This document shows positions 1 to 58,300 of a stretch of DNA of 64,000 nt, piece by piece. Both the position numbers and the translations under genes were made by a program. Origin of the DNA: Nitrospirales bacterium (GTDB taxonomy: Bacteria > Nitrospirota > Nitrospiria > Nitrospirales > UBA8639). Under the pieces are notes generated by a model, which was not told where the DNA came from, did no database searches, and saw only the letters and a program-made list of their open reading frames with translations. The DNA lies in NCBI GenBank assembly GCA_965203295.1, contig CBDBCZ010000016.1, forward strand, positions 1,088,001 through 1,152,000. The letters run 5' to 3'. Numbering within the stretch: the first letter of the stretch is position 1; each line of letters opens with the position of its first letter.

Positions 1-799
1 GGCTTACTGACTCATTGTGAGATGACAAGATAGAATCTAGGTGGGGAAGCAGATTGTCTGGGGAGCAAGTAGTGGTGGTTTACACTACACACACTCTCTG
101 TCTCTACACTCTGTTTGAGCTTACAGCAGTTCTCACTACTTTAGAGTAGAGCCCACTGCTCTAAAGGGTGGGTGAGTGACTGATTGGGCTTTGAAGTCCT
201 CTTCTGAAAGGTGTTCACTTCTTGAATGAAACCAATGACCCTGGCTGTGGTTTTACCATGTTTGGTTTGCTGTTGCATGCAAGGCCTACGCAAACAGCTG
301 TAGGGATTTTTGCCAGTGGTCTCACACTTAACAACTTTAATTATTATTATGTTATGAAACAATTCCTGTTGAAGTATTTTTTTACCTATGTGCGTATATT
401 TTTGGAAAGCTATTTCTGCTAGGGGTTTACTGTAGCTCGCACAGTGGGGCTAAGGTGTGTGGTGATGGAGCTATGGTCCGAGGAAAGGGAGGCAATATAC
501 ATGTACATGTATTCTGAAGGAAGGTAGTAACGTCATTAGTGGAATTTGCTAGATTCTGTGTTGTCACAGAATCGCTAGGTCCTGGTTTTCAAAATTTCTG
601 CTCAGTTTTCCATTCTTGGGTGGGCTGTGGATACACACATGTACATCATCTCACCTGACCTATGTACTGGTTTCAACACAGGGTTCATGCAAATATGACA
701 ACTTGGCAATCTGTGCCAAACTTTCATTGCTGAATTCCCCTATTTATTATGCTCTAATTATCTGCAACTTCCATTACTAGTTCGATATTCCCCCCTCAG

Positions 800-10590
<9,791 letters not shown>

Positions 10591-10780
10591 CGTGGCATGT
10601 GTTCTGAACCTCACATCTCATTGACAAGAAAATATATAAAGAGTGAATATGTTTTATTATAGTTTTAATTTTTATCCAAGAATAGCCCATAATCATACTA
10701 AGCCACATGTCTGCTGTAACAAAATGTTTTTTTACAAACTGTCAGCTGTTAGCCTCAGGCTCCAATGTGAATATGAACTG

Positions 10781-10914
10781 ATGCGCATGCGCTAAATAGG
10801 GCACGTGTAACAGTCTGGAATGCGAAGTAACCACGCCTATTTTATGTAATAAAGCTGCGATTGCTTGTACGCTTGTACGGCCTGACCTCTTCCCTCGAGC
10901 TTGTGAACAGTAAG
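10781..10914 (+). promoter_or_regulatory. Candidate promoter / non-coding first exon of ACSBG copy B
   Basis: TGCGCATGCGC (NRF1-type palindrome) at 10782-10792, CACGTG E-box at 10802-10807, local CpG enrichment and possible donors at 10910/10915. The ATG exon at about 12705 is preceded by an AG acceptor, which implies an upstream exon. Confidence 0.4.
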
Positions 10915-11625
10915 GTACATGCGTGTGTTATATATACCTGGATACGTATTTTTATGTTGCATGTTGCATAACGCGACTTCTGAACTTGAAAAGCTGGCGA
11001 CTATAGCCTTTCGGGCCGAGGGTGCACTATCTCTACGGTTGGAGGCACGTGTATGTGTCTTCTGAATTTTAAATTATATGCATCCATGCATGCAAGGTAA
11101 AGGGAGGGGCTTTTCCAGACAGTGTAGGTTCGCTGCTCTTGCCCAACAGCCTTTGGGTAGTTGAGTAAAAGTCAAATTGAGAGTATTACCTATTTTTCTG
11201 ACTACAATATTTAATACTAAAAAGCCCTGAGTCTCTTCTGAATTATAAGTGTCTCCTGGTTACTAGGCTTTGTTGCAATGATTGTTGAATAAAATTACAC
11301 GCAATCGTGATAGTAAGCTTTCTACTACTGCAAGAGCTATAGCACAAGAGACTGTGGTCATTCTATTAGGCTCTACATGTGTGTATCCCAAGTTGGAAGA
11401 AAGGAGTAGTTAGCTACTCTCGTTACAATTACAGCTTTCTCCGCACAGTCTTGTTTCAGACCTTGGAAGCCATGATTGCTGTGTTTGCCTATTATCTATT
11501 GTTTGCCCATATATATAGATAATTGAGCGTATGGAATGCCTCCCCTGTTTGCTGTCGTGTCTTTGTGGCTAGTCAGTAACAGAAGGATCATGTCGCATGG
11601 CTCCTCATCAGTGTGTAGTGTTTCC

Positions 11626-11731
11626 TAGCCTCGTACCTGGGCCTTCCCTCACAGCTTTTTTTACAGCCATGGAAACGATTTTTTCTACGGCTGCAAAAAA
11701 AAGCTGTGGGGAAAGCCTAGGCTCAAGGCTA
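11626..11731. mobile_element. Short palindromic TAGCCTCG...GGCTA element
   Basis: Fold-back across the whole element; termini shared with other copies in the window. Confidence 0.7.
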
Positions 11732-11936
11732 GCAGTGTCCTGCTTTCCTCATTGAGAGTATCGCAAATAGATTGCAAAGCACGGCATTGTGTAAGCATCA
11801 CCTGCACTAGTACACGTATGCCTGCATGCCTTTTACTGATCGCTCAACTTCTCCCTGTCATGCTTGATGCTATACATGTATGATTTGCACTGGTTCATCC
11901 ATGAAACGAAGTTGACAATGCAGTAATGTGGTACAA

Positions 11937-12014
11937 TAGCCTCGTTTCCACCATGTAACAAATTCCCCGCTTTTCATACCTCAAACCTGAGGTGGAGGCC
12001 TCTGAACCTGGCTA
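11937..12014. mobile_element. Short TAGCCTCG...GGCTA element with 9-bp TSD
   Basis: Flanks GTGGTACAA / GTAGTACAA. Confidence 0.65.
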
Positions 12015-12101
12015 GTAGTACAACATTTGTATGTGTACGTGTACGTGTTTGTGAATGAGTTGGGAGTGGGGTTAGCCTGTCTCTCTGATCTGCAATGTAC
12101 A

Positions 12102-12240
12102 TGCCAAGGGGCTCCAGTATATAGCTCAATTGGTAAGAGCATCTGACTAGTATTCAGAAGGTCCTGGGTTCAATCCCCAGCTGGGTCCCATTTTTTTTTT
12201 TTCCCGGGATTTCCTTACTCTCTCAGAAAGCTTATCAGCT
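12102..12240 (+). mobile_element. tRNA-Thr(AGT)-like module of a dispersed repeat
   Basis: A-box TAGCTCAATTGG, anticodon arm TCTGA-CTAGTAT-TCAGA, B-box GGTTCAATCCC, followed by a T-run. The acceptor stem is imperfect and carries an extra TATA insertion. Confidence 0.7.
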
Positions 12241-12414
12241 CTTAAAGAGTTTGCAATGTACATGTATAGTGTCTCCTCTCTCTGTACAACCTGTCCCTTT
12301 TGTCATCTGGTGTTCTTGTCAGCCTGTGACTTGATTTCTTCTCTCTGTATCAGTCTCATCTCTCTGAGATGCCCCTGCTGCAGACCTGCTGTCTCAGCAC
12401 TTTCAGTTTCTATA

Positions 12415-12488
<74 letters not shown>

Positions 12489-12718
12489 CAAGTGCAACCT
12501 GGCCTTTACAAATCATGGTCAGCATGATTTCAGTTGTTTGCCTATAGACATTATCTCTCACTTACTCATGCACACTTTGAAGAATGAGTAATACACTTTA
12601 GATAGTGACAACATGTGAAGATCACATGACAACACATGTGTTGGGGACTGACTGTGGCTCTCCATATAAGTAATTGTTCTTCTCTGTGTATGTAGTGTGC
12701 TTAGATTGAAAACTGAAG

Positions 12719-29623
<16,905 letters not shown>

Positions 29624-30015
29624 GGCAGCATGACTGTGTGGTGAATTTCCCAAACATAAAACTTTGTTATTTTGTTGTTGCTGTTGTTGTTGTTGTTTTT
29701 TTTACACAGGAGATATTTTTGAGTTTTTTGAGGTAAATAAATCAAAGGCTAGACAGTTTGTGATTGAATGTATTTTATTATACAATGATTCACTAACTAT
29801 TCGTATTGTACACTCTCCTAACGGAGAGTGGAGCTTAGAACCATCAGAGCTGTACGTAGTCGGCCAACCTGACGAAGTCAAAACTACATGATATACATGT
29901 ACATGTACCGTGTAAGAAATATTGATTTGTCACAGTTTAGGAACAGCTAGCACCTAGGACTGCTGAATGTATCTTGATTCAGAACAATTTAAAGAGTATA
30001 TTGCAAACTCTTCGG

Positions 30016-30288
30016 AGATGATAAGCTTTCTGAGAGAGTAAAGAAATCCCGCAAAAACGGGACCCAGCTGGGGATTAAACTCTGAATACTATGTATATAG
30101 TCAGATGCTCTTACCAACTGAGCTACTGGAGCCCCTTGGCAGAGGAGCAGTAGGCAAGCTTTATATAGCCACTAAACCCGATAGTAGTACATGTAGGACC
30201 CAGCCAATTCCAACTGTAATTACTCTCTCATTAGGCCTCTCCCACCCCCCCAGCATCTCCTAAACACAATAAACGTGCTACACCCAAT
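30016..30288 (-). mobile_element. tRNA-containing dispersed repeat with conserved upstream flank
   Basis: Minus strand reads TATATAAAG...GCCAAGGGGCTCCAGTAGCTCAGTTGGTAAGAGCATCTGAC...AATCCCAGCTGGGTCC; homologous to the copies at 5293 and 12102. Confidence 0.72.
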
Positions 30289-30343
30289 CTTAGTCTGGAT
30301 CAGTCTGCACATTGTGGCAAGTATGGTAATCAAGGCAGCTACA

Positions 30344-30422
30344 TAGCCTTGTTCCCAGACTCTCTGCCCAGATTTTACTACATGCGAAAAAAAGCTGGGC
30401 AGAGAGCCTGGGACTGAGGCTA
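30344..30422. mobile_element. Short palindromic TAGCC...GGCTA element
   Basis: TAGCCTTGTTCCCAGACTCTCTGCCCAG / CTGGGCAGAGAGCCTGGGACTGAGGCTA. A further degenerate copy lies at 30690-30769. Confidence 0.75.
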
Positions 30423-32779
30423 GAAACATAATATTATAGTCGAAGTCATTGATCGAATAGAAATTCTGTGCATGCCAACCATGTCATCCTTTTGAAAAAG
30501 CGGTGATTGAAGTATAATAGACTTCATGGTAAACTAATTAATTAACAGTACGTGTGGCCTGCAGCTGCAGCTAACGATCACACCCTGATCTGTGTACATA
30601 ACACTTCACTAGCTTAACTCGATCATCTGAGGATGAATTTGGTAAATTAAATGTTATCGACGTGCAGTATACATACAAGCCGGCAAATGTAGCCTCGTTC
30701 CCAGTCTCTGCTCCGGGCCGCTGTTTCTTTGTTATAAAAAGCTGGTGAGCATAAAATGAAACGAGGCTATATTTATAATTAGTAAATGAATATACGACTG
30801 ACGACTACAATGTCATGTATGTATAGCATTATTTTAAGGATGAAAACATACTTATTCAAGAATAAATACAGCAAGCTAGCTAACCAACAATTGGCATGCA
30901 ATGTGGGGGTTTGAAGCATAATAGTAGAATGAGATTAGCTAGCACAACTCCTAAAATGGTGGCTGCTCATGGGCTCTAACAATCATGCTAGCTAGCAATC
31001 TATGCAGGTTATTTTTACAGTCCAAATGGTTGTACATGTATGTCGGCATGCAGTTTAACTTTTTGAACGCCATGGGCACATTTATGTGCCCATATAAAAT
31101 AAAAAAAACATGTACTTTATATTAACGCCTAATATAAAAAGGCCAATATAAATTTACATTAGCCTTATGGATGTACTAAAACTCGGCTGGGAAAGAGTTA
31201 AGTATAGCCTCAAACCCAGGCCTTCGCACAGAAATCAGTGCGTGGTTATAGTTGTACCATGGCTTTGGATGCGTTTGGAGGGTGTAAGTGATTTTTACTC
31301 TGAGGGCAGTTTTAGCTATGTGGCTACTGGATAACCTCGTTCCCAGACCCTCTGTCACCTTAATGGTACGTAGTTACTATGATCTATTTCCAAGCATACC
31401 ACATTTCATCACCCATCGTACCACTCATTGGCTGAAAAGCGTTTACAATAACGATAGACCACACCCACTATGTTACAACACACTTTTTTGATCCCTTGGC
31501 TTCGCCTTGGTATATACCGTAAACTCTGGAGTATAAGTACCCATCACATACAAGTACCCTATAAATATAGGTACCCATGAACCCCGTTGCTATCCACTTC
31601 TTGAATAGTAGTACCATGTAAATAAAAGTACCCAATAAATATAAGTACCCATCAGACAACTAAGTAAACTGGGATGCATAAACAGTGTATGTGTAACTAG
31701 TAAGGCATGAATAGTGAGGACGGTATCAGGTCCGCCTAGGTCTACATCAGAAGGCATATGGGCTGTTGGTGCAGGCATAGAACTGCCTTGCAAGTATACA
31801 CTTCAGTGCAAAGAAAGACTGCTTACATGTAAGACTATTGCTATGACAATCACAGAGTACAGTGAAGTCGAGAAAACACAAAAGTGACTGTCATAACCAA
31901 AACTACAAGTTTAATGTGCATACTGTAACGTTGTAGTACCATATATTTAACCTCATTGAAAAGTACCCCATGATTATAAGTACCCCACATAATCTATGCT
32001 TGATGTTAGCTGGACATTCCACAGCTTATTTGTAGAGACTCTGGTGATATCACAGTCCTCTCATTCCATGCAGTGTTCACAGCTCTTGTGTGTGGTAAAC
32101 TAGCTCGTGTATTCCATGGACAGTTCATCAAGTACATGTACTACTGTAACAGGTGTTCAAGTGGAGCGGTCGATTCTGAGTTGCAGCCTCTAGTGTAGGT
32201 CTATTCAGTTACCTTACTCACTCAACACTTTTCATAACTTTTATGCAGCAGATCATCACATAGCTAACATGAACACTGTCACATACACCTAACACAATAG
32301 GTAACAAGAAATCAAGAATGCATCACATTTCTCCCCCACTATACTAATACTTACGTGTAATAATTATGCATACATGTACATGCATGACTTAATCTGGCAT
32401 CATTTTAATCGACCGCTCTCCTTCCTGAGGACATTGCAGTTATTAAGCATTTATCTGTGATGAAAGATTGCAGAAACAACTAAGACTACAAGCAGAGACA
32501 AGAGTACCAATCATTCTCCAAACACTGTCCACCAACTACATGTATGCATGCTGTGAATGTGGAGCCACTTTAAGCAGTGGGTGCACCCTATGTACCATGC
32601 ATGTGGGTTCCTGCATGTAATAGTCTGCAGATGCAGTGTATACAGGTACTTTGACTTCTTCCAGTATTGCTAATAATAATATTATAATGTCTTTGAGTGA
32701 AAACATTAATGGCTCAATCTTTTCCAGACAGGCTATAAGATATTATTGCATTGTATCCGTCATGTATCAAAATAGAGCT

Positions 32780-33540
32780 TATAGTCAGGCCGTGCCCACA
32801 CAAAATGGCTGTTGTGAATGCCAGGGCAGATATTCATAGCCTGAAGTCTGTCTGAAGTGCCCAAATGCATGCATTTTGTACATTGTCATTCATTGTATAC
32901 CAATACTATCATCTTCAGTAGGTCTGCTATCAATTAAGCTCTTGCATGCTGAGCCAAGCTATAGGTGCATGGACTCCCATGAAAGCTGGTTAGCCTAGCC
33001 ACTGCATCGTTTTCCAGTCACATGCGGACATGGACAACGGCTACCACCCGAGTTTGAGATCTGTGCCACGTCACCCTTGTGAGGTTGATATGCTGGTTGG
33101 CATAGTCCACCAACATGAGGAGATTGTTATACTTCCTTGTCACTCGGTAGTGGGTCCGGTCGGGCACATTTGTATCCACGTAGCCAAGGTGTTAACATTT
33201 CCATCCCCCGTGGGGGATAGGGCATCAACAATATCTGGTGCAGGTCTGGGGGGCTGTCTTCCTGGTTGCAGCATGATCTCATTGGGTGGCATTCTGGACC
33301 ACACATGTACAGCCTTCCAACTTTTTTTTGCATGGACATGTTTTCCTGGCACTACATCCTACAATGACAAATCACCTGATCCTTATGCAGTGGAGAGCCC
33401 TGCATATTGTAACTCCATTGGAAGGAGTTATCCGATATTCAATTGTTTTTCAGCTGCATCCACACTGAGTAGTTTCTTGTGGCGAGGTCACCTGCAGGCA
33501 GTTCCCTTCAAAATCTGAGCCCTATAGCTAAATGCTGTAG
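32780..33540 (-). pseudogene. Possible decayed transposon-associated coding sequence (Cys-rich CXC-like and Ulp1-like remnants)
   Basis: Broken minus-strand frames give a Cys cluster (CHC...C...K.G..CGPECH...C.N, near 33270-33375) and a QTSGYE...ALAFTTAI segment resembling the Ulp1 catalytic Q..DCG region. Many stops and frameshifts. Confidence 0.28.
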
Positions 33541-34249
33541 TTAGGATAGTTGGAACTCTCCAGGAAAGACTGGTGATAGCTATTCCTTCGTGTGAGAATG
33601 TGAATGCCTGTGGTAACTAGGTATGAACAAAGTTGCCACTTCTAGATTATGGGAAAACTTACAATTTTGTTGTTCTTTTCTAGTGTACAGTATCTTTCAA
33701 TTGTTAGTCTAGCATAATAAATTAGGAGGAACACAAATTTTTCCCTCCAGGAATGTTATGAGGGGGGGGGGGGGGGTGAAGGGGGTTTGTGTTTCCGACA
33801 CAACCTTCCCGTTCATGCATTGGAGGGAAGTCCTTTGCCACTGCCCGCACAATCACTTCGTGTACTGACTCAGTATATATACTGTCATGCCCAGACGTCT
33901 GAGCGAGACTAGCTACTCAATCAGCCGTATAAACACCGTACATAGTGGTTCTTCAGTTGCGCTGTGTAGACTGTTAACAGCCTTTTTGTTAATGAACACA
34001 TTTGAGAAAAATGCATGGTAGCTATAGCTATGCGTGGTTCATGACTATACTTCTGAATTCTGAACATAGCTATACTTTTGTATGAATGCGGTGACCATTA
34101 TTTGTACCATTCCTACAATATTATTATTATGGAATGACACTTAAGAGCAAGAGCAATATAACTTGTAGACTTGTACGCTTAAATTATTTCTCTGGTGCTC
34201 TTTATATTAGCTGTATGCTATTGAGTATCCATTTTTTATCTATATAAGT

Positions 34250-34445
34250 AATAGTTAAAGGTCAGTTTGGGTGAGGGGAGTTTAAAGTCCGAGGCGAAGC
34301 CGAGAATTTTAACCCCTCACCCAAACTGACCTTTAACTGATTTAATGTATATTGGTATAGCAATAATCCCTGTACATGGGTATGTGGCCTCCTTTGAGTG
34401 CTATAAGCGTGGGAAAAAGTGGTTGCCATGGTAATGTACATTAAA
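34250..34445 (+). mobile_element. Hairpin-terminated dispersed repeat (CCGAGGCGAAGCCGAG loop)
   Basis: Long stem GTTAAAGGTCAGTTTGGGTGAGGGG / CCCCTCACCCAAACTGACCTTTAAC. An inverted copy lies at 53632-53822. Confidence 0.8.
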
Positions 34446-34829
34446 ATAAATTTAATTTTTTTTTCCACAGTATACAGGCTCGTGCCTATATCCAAGGCAG
34501 AAAAAATTGCATGTATTAGCTATACCTAGCTACTCACTGGAACCCTGCTACTGAGTTAGAGCTTGACAAGCCACAATGCAAATGGCTGAAAGTAAACAGC
34601 ATCATTTGGATCAAAATAGAGAGTCAGTATAATGTTTCTGCAATGATATCGATTACATGCCAATTTAAGTTTACTTCCGACCATTCTAACACACTCAACG
34701 CGTTGCTAGCTATTTTGACACGCTTTCTAGACTTCATATTCCATATACAGTACCAGTTGAGAAGCCACATAAGTAGCTAGGCTACCGGGCGGACGCCGGA
34801 CGGACCGAATGTAAGAAGAGGTTCAAAAC

Positions 34830-52810
<17,981 letters not shown>

Positions 52811-53631
52811 CTATTCCATAGAGAGAACAAATTAAGGTTTTAGTAACTATACTCAGACAATAGAGTAGTTAGTTCAGCATAATGTGTACAGTTATATCAA
52901 GGTAGTCATCAGTGAGACTAAGAGATGAGTTTAGAAACTTTGAATAACACGGTTAGTTAGCAATTTTACATGTACAGGTTGTTTAGATCTTTAGCAAGAT
53001 TAAACTCATTCGCTGTAATTGATCTACAACCGTAAGCAGGAATAACTTTGAACAGGTGATCCACACTGTACGAAGTCACAATGATGAACAAGTTAATAGG
53101 AATTCATACAGGGTCTCTAGGGATAGTAAAGCAACAAGGTGTGTAAAATACGCCATCCCCCCAGAAAAGGTTTAATACTTGCATTTTTGTTTTGGTACCA
53201 CTGAACTGAACATAATTCTTCCCATGCATCAGCCGTGACTTGCACATCAAAGTCAGAGAACTTCAATTAATGATGCTCATCTCAACCTCTCATTCCCATG
53301 TGCATACACAGCATCAGCCAGATTCTATTCTGCAACCTCTCTGGATTTTTATCTCCAAGGATATCTTCTCCCTCAACCTCAAGTACCTCAAACTCTTCTG
53401 CTCAATCATTAGGTTTGAGCATCTTTCTTGCAGCAGTGAGGGTATCCCTTGATTGTGCAAACTGGTGATCATGGAGGATATACTGTATCGTATTCGAAGA
53501 GGCCTTGACAAATTACACTAGCATAATTTTGAGAATAATAGCTACACAAAAGCATTAGAGAATTATGCTGAAATAAATGTACAATTTTTGAGACGTGTGA
53601 AAACAATAGGCTATAATTTATTGCTTATCTA

Positions 53632-53822
53632 CTTAATGTACATTACCATGGCAACCAGTTTTTCCCACATTTATAGCACTCAAAGGAGACAACATACAGG
53701 GATCATTGCTATACCAATGTACATTAAATCAGTTAAAGGTCAGTTTGGGTGAGGGGTTAAAATCCTCGGCTTCGCCTCGAACTTTAAATTCCCCTCGCCC
53801 AAACTGTCCTTTAACTATTACA
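53632..53822 (-). mobile_element. Hairpin-terminated dispersed repeat, inverted copy
   Basis: Reverse complement of 34250-34445. Confidence 0.8.
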
Positions 53823-54528
53823 TATACAGTAATCGTATGGGACCAGTAGTCCTCTGCAACTACAGAGCGAGTGTTCTATGTCTTACAAAATGCACTCGCC
53901 ATTCAGCAGCAATTATTGTCTCTGGAAGATTACATTTCTTTATCTGCTATGTTACAATGTTGAGGATTTTTTCAGCGTTTTGTCGAGAATTGTGAAATTT
54001 GAGAGAATAATAGGACAACATTAAAAGTTATACGATAATCGGCATAAGTCCCGAGAATAGGGAATAAATAATGCAACCTCTACCTGTTTGTCCTGTAAAC
54101 TTCAGCTTAAAACGTAATAGCCAATTACCTTGGTGTGCATGTATTGAACAGAGAATGTGGCAGTATGCGCTAAGGAATCTCCAGATACTACTACATTTTC
54201 AAATAAAGGGAACACCCATTATGAACACTGATTCAAGTATTCAGTTCTCAAACCAAAACCAACAATCCAAGTATCAACACTAAAATTTTGGGTCTATATT
54301 TAGGCGGTTACTGTTACAAATACATGCATTGATCCTGAAGTGATGATTCCCCTCACTCAGATTGCTTAGTCTGTAGAGACTTTCACTTGGCAGTGCATGG
54401 AAATAAATAAGTACCAAATATACCAAAGGGCTAAAGTTTTAATCTGGAACAACCCATTGCCACTGTATAATTAAAGCCTATTCCTCTCCACTAACCCCTT
54501 TGGCAATGTACCTGAAGCATTAGTCGTG

Positions 54529-54596
54529 TAGCCTCATTCCCAGGCTTTTTATACTGCAAGCGAAAAAAGCTGTGTGGAGGCCTGGGAACGAGGCTA
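54529..54596. mobile_element. Short TAGCCTC...GAGGCTA element
   Basis: TAGCCTCATTCCCAGGC / GCCTGGGAACGAGGCTA; flanks TTAGTCGTG / CCAGTCGTG. Confidence 0.75.
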
Positions 54597-55317
54597 CCAG
54601 TCGTGTGTATTGCAGAGAAGATCACTCATGCACAGAACACACTGCAGCTGGCCCCTGACCGTAGGCTATATAGCTCCTTCCCTATTAATATTTTGGTAAT
54701 TACAGTTCTGTTGAGGTGAATAGTTATAGAAAATGCCCTGTTCAATCTTCATTGAGCTGTGACTCAGAGACTCTCCAAGGATTGATGACGATTGAGGCAC
54801 AATAGCTTGTATCCTCATAATGGGCATCATGGTAGACATTCCACACCACATTGTTGTGTACAGCCGCAGCTGATTGTCACTTTACTATAGCAAAAATGCC
54901 ATGTCTGTATGCCCTATGTTACCCTTAAAACAGTATCATGAGATTTGTAGCTGTTGTTACAAAGGAATAAGTAGGCAACCACTTGGAGAATAATAATATC
55001 TCGCTCTCTCTATCTCCAAAGGTGCACCTTTGATGGATTCCCAATGGCTTACATCCAGTAACAGGGAAATTTTAATCTTACTTGGATGCTGATTATTATG
55101 AAAACTCAGCATGAACAAGCAAGTTTTTGAATCTCATTTTATCATACAATAGTAATCAGCCCCGTACTTTGAAGGTTGTGGGCATTCCCAAAATCATAGA
55201 ATGCATGAAGAATAAAACAAATCTCTGTACAGGAACAATCAAATTTAGAACAATAAAAACTAGTCATGAATCGACACTAGCTAGCTAGCTGAGGTTTCTA
55301 CTAAGCTAAGAACACAT

Positions 55318-58300
55318 TTATGACTCTTTAACAACTAGTTTCATCATGCGAAAGATGTCTTCTGCTGTTATTGCAGCCTTTTTGGCCTTGTCATGGTTAT
55401 AGTGGTTTGATGGGATGGAGGGAGGGTAATATCGGTTGGGAAAGCGAGTATCAAGATAGTGTGCCTCCAGTGAAGATGCAAGGAGCTGCAAGCCAGAAGT
55501 GACACTGCTTCTTTCCTGCTCAAGGGCTATAGCATGAGGTGTAAGGCTATGGTGCCCCAAACTCCCAGGGTCAAGACCACACACAGCATACTTTCCTGCC
55601 TTGAGGGCCTTTTCTGCAACCTCATGTGCAAGGAAGCAAATATGACAACAAACCTGATGATTATCATCTACTTTTTCCAGTAATATACGGAGAACATCCA
55701 AATCAGATTTAGCCTGAGCTAGCCACACCCTTGCTGTAGTTGGTTGAGGCTGAGGTTGAGGTGTTGCTTCAAATGGAAATTCTTCACCTGCAGTATTTTC
55801 TGTTGCACAACGTTTGCGATGTGCTTGGGCAGTTTGGTTCCAATGATCAAACTGAGTACCCCAATAACTGTCCCATTTTGGGGGTGATGAATGTGCTGCA
55901 GTCTCCTCTGCACCTGGTTCTTCAAGAGAACTACCACTACTAAGTCGATCGATTTGTTGTCGTAGATACTGGAATGCCTTTGTGGCAAGGGGACTGGGGT
56001 TCTTATCAGGATGCCACTTGAGGTATAACCTCTTGATTGCTTTCCGTTTTTGGTCTTCAGGCAATTTCCAGATAATATTAAGATCTTCGCATATTTGTCT
56101 TTTGATTGCCTTCAGGTCATTTGCATCCAGAGTTTGCCTCAGTTGTATGGGTTCACTTTCATCTTCAAATGTGCACAAGGCATCACTGTCTGCATCACTT
56201 TGTTGGTTTCCTGTAGGGCCACGAAGAAATTTGTACATGTCTAGGACACTTACAGTAGTGCCTTCTTCATCACTGTCACCTGTATATATAAGGTATTCAT
56301 CCATTAGTCGAGGACCCTGTCCATCTCGCGGAATACAGTATCCCACACGAGCAAAGGTGACAGTATCTTCTATTTCTCCATAGCCAATCCACTCTTCTGA
56401 CCTGAAGATATTGTAGATATCCACATCCAATCGATGGTGCCAACATTTTGGGATATGCTTACCCAGTTTGGGGGAAAGCGAAGATGTGGAGGATCCAAAT
56501 TCGGCAATAAATGGAGCATCAAAATGCTGCTCTAGAATCAAAGAAATATCATCATCAGTTTCGGCCTTCAGGAAACGAGATAGTAAATGTGGAAATGTAG
56601 TTCTCTTCAATTCTTTGGGATTAATACCGCTCATTTGAGCTATATGTAACGTCATCTCATCGGCAAAAGGATTGAAGAACGAGTCAATCGTTACTAAATG
56701 TCTGGTAAAATTCTTCAGAAGTTCTGCACTAACGTAAAGAAAGAACTTCTCTGATCCATCGTCATTTGTTTTCTTCTGAAATAAGAACATCATTCTTGTG
56801 GTTGCAATTTTTTGGTTTCTTTTGGGATCAACTGATAGTAGAATATCTACCATCACATTTTTCATTGAAACAACATCTATGCTCTGGAAAAACTGTTCAA
56901 GTGCAGTCACTGTAGGAAACTTAGAGCACACTTTATCTGCCTTGGGTTTATGAAATACATCTTTAGAAACTAAATGTATTGCTTTGGGAAGGCTAGACAA
57001 GGTTAGAACATTTTTAAGCCGTTCAGCTATTGAAAGTGGTACATCACAGTTAGAGCAAAGGTCATGTAGCTCATTAATTGTGCATGCAGATAGGGCTCGT
57101 GGAGAGATTGCTTGTGGCAACAGTAGAGAAAATTGCTCTTCAGTATTACTTCTGAAAAATTCGCTGTACGTTTGTTCTTCTGAAAGCAGGGAAAATAGTG
57201 AGTACCGTGAAGTGGAGAAGTTAAAATCAGTCTTCCTATGGTATCCTTTATCAGGATAAAATAGTAAAGTACTTTTCATCAATCTGCATTCAGTACTAGG
57301 TAGATACAGTGTCTCCAAAGCTTTTGATGATATGGTTGAGTTTGCTTCGAGGAGACTTTGAAGTTTATTGAGTAGATGCTTCACTACTTCTTGTGTATTG
57401 GGATCCAAGGTTTCACCACTGGCTGTGGCATGCACTTTTTCAAGTGCTAACCTAATATGGGCAGGACCAATGCTTCGTTCTACTCCCATATATGACAGTA
57501 CTGTGGGAAGAACAGCATATAACTGGTCTGGAAGAGGGTTTAGAAAAGGTTGAAACTTTTTCATTTCGTCTGTTAGAATGGCAACAACCTGCTGTGGCTG
57601 TACCAGTACGGGAGCTGTCATGTCATCCTGTGCAAGTACCGGAATACAGGATACTCCATTAAGTTGCTTCAACTGGCTCTCTGTGCATTCTGATTCTTGA
57701 AGAAATGTGAAGTTGGCTAGCATTACATGCAGTAAAGGACATTTCTCTCCAGAGATTAGTTCCATCTTGCATTCTTCATCATATTTGTCAAAAAGACTAA
57801 AATTTGAGAAACGTGACTGGGAAATGTTGCAGATATTTTTAATGACATCATCAGTACACGGATTTTGAATCACCCCTATGGCACTATAGAAATCATCTTT
57901 ATTACTCTCACAGGGAAGTTCAGGGAGTACCACAACAGGCTTCAGAGTCCACAGTAGCAATGCATGGTCCTCATAATTTGCTGCACCACAGAGTCTGGCC
58001 ATAGGAACGGCTTTCCCATAAGTATTTTCTGATGAGTGGATAGGTTTTATCAAGCTTAGATGTGGTAGAGTTTCAGTGCATACAAACGGAATTTGTGAAA
58101 CCTTCCTCAAATGGTCCTTGTTTTCATGCCATTTTGTAGCTTGAAACAGATATGTCAGGAGAACCGATGATTTTTCCCGGAGATCTTCATGATTCCCTTT
58201 TGATATTTTCCAACAGAATTTAATAAATATCTCCATACTCACTTCAGTTTGAAGCCCAATCTTGCGAAAGAATTCTAGCCACTCTTTACTGGACAATTCT

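Noticed and set aside
12110..12188. Functional tRNA-Thr gene
   Set aside because: Imperfect acceptor stem, an insertion before the D-arm, and degenerate copies elsewhere with shared flanks.
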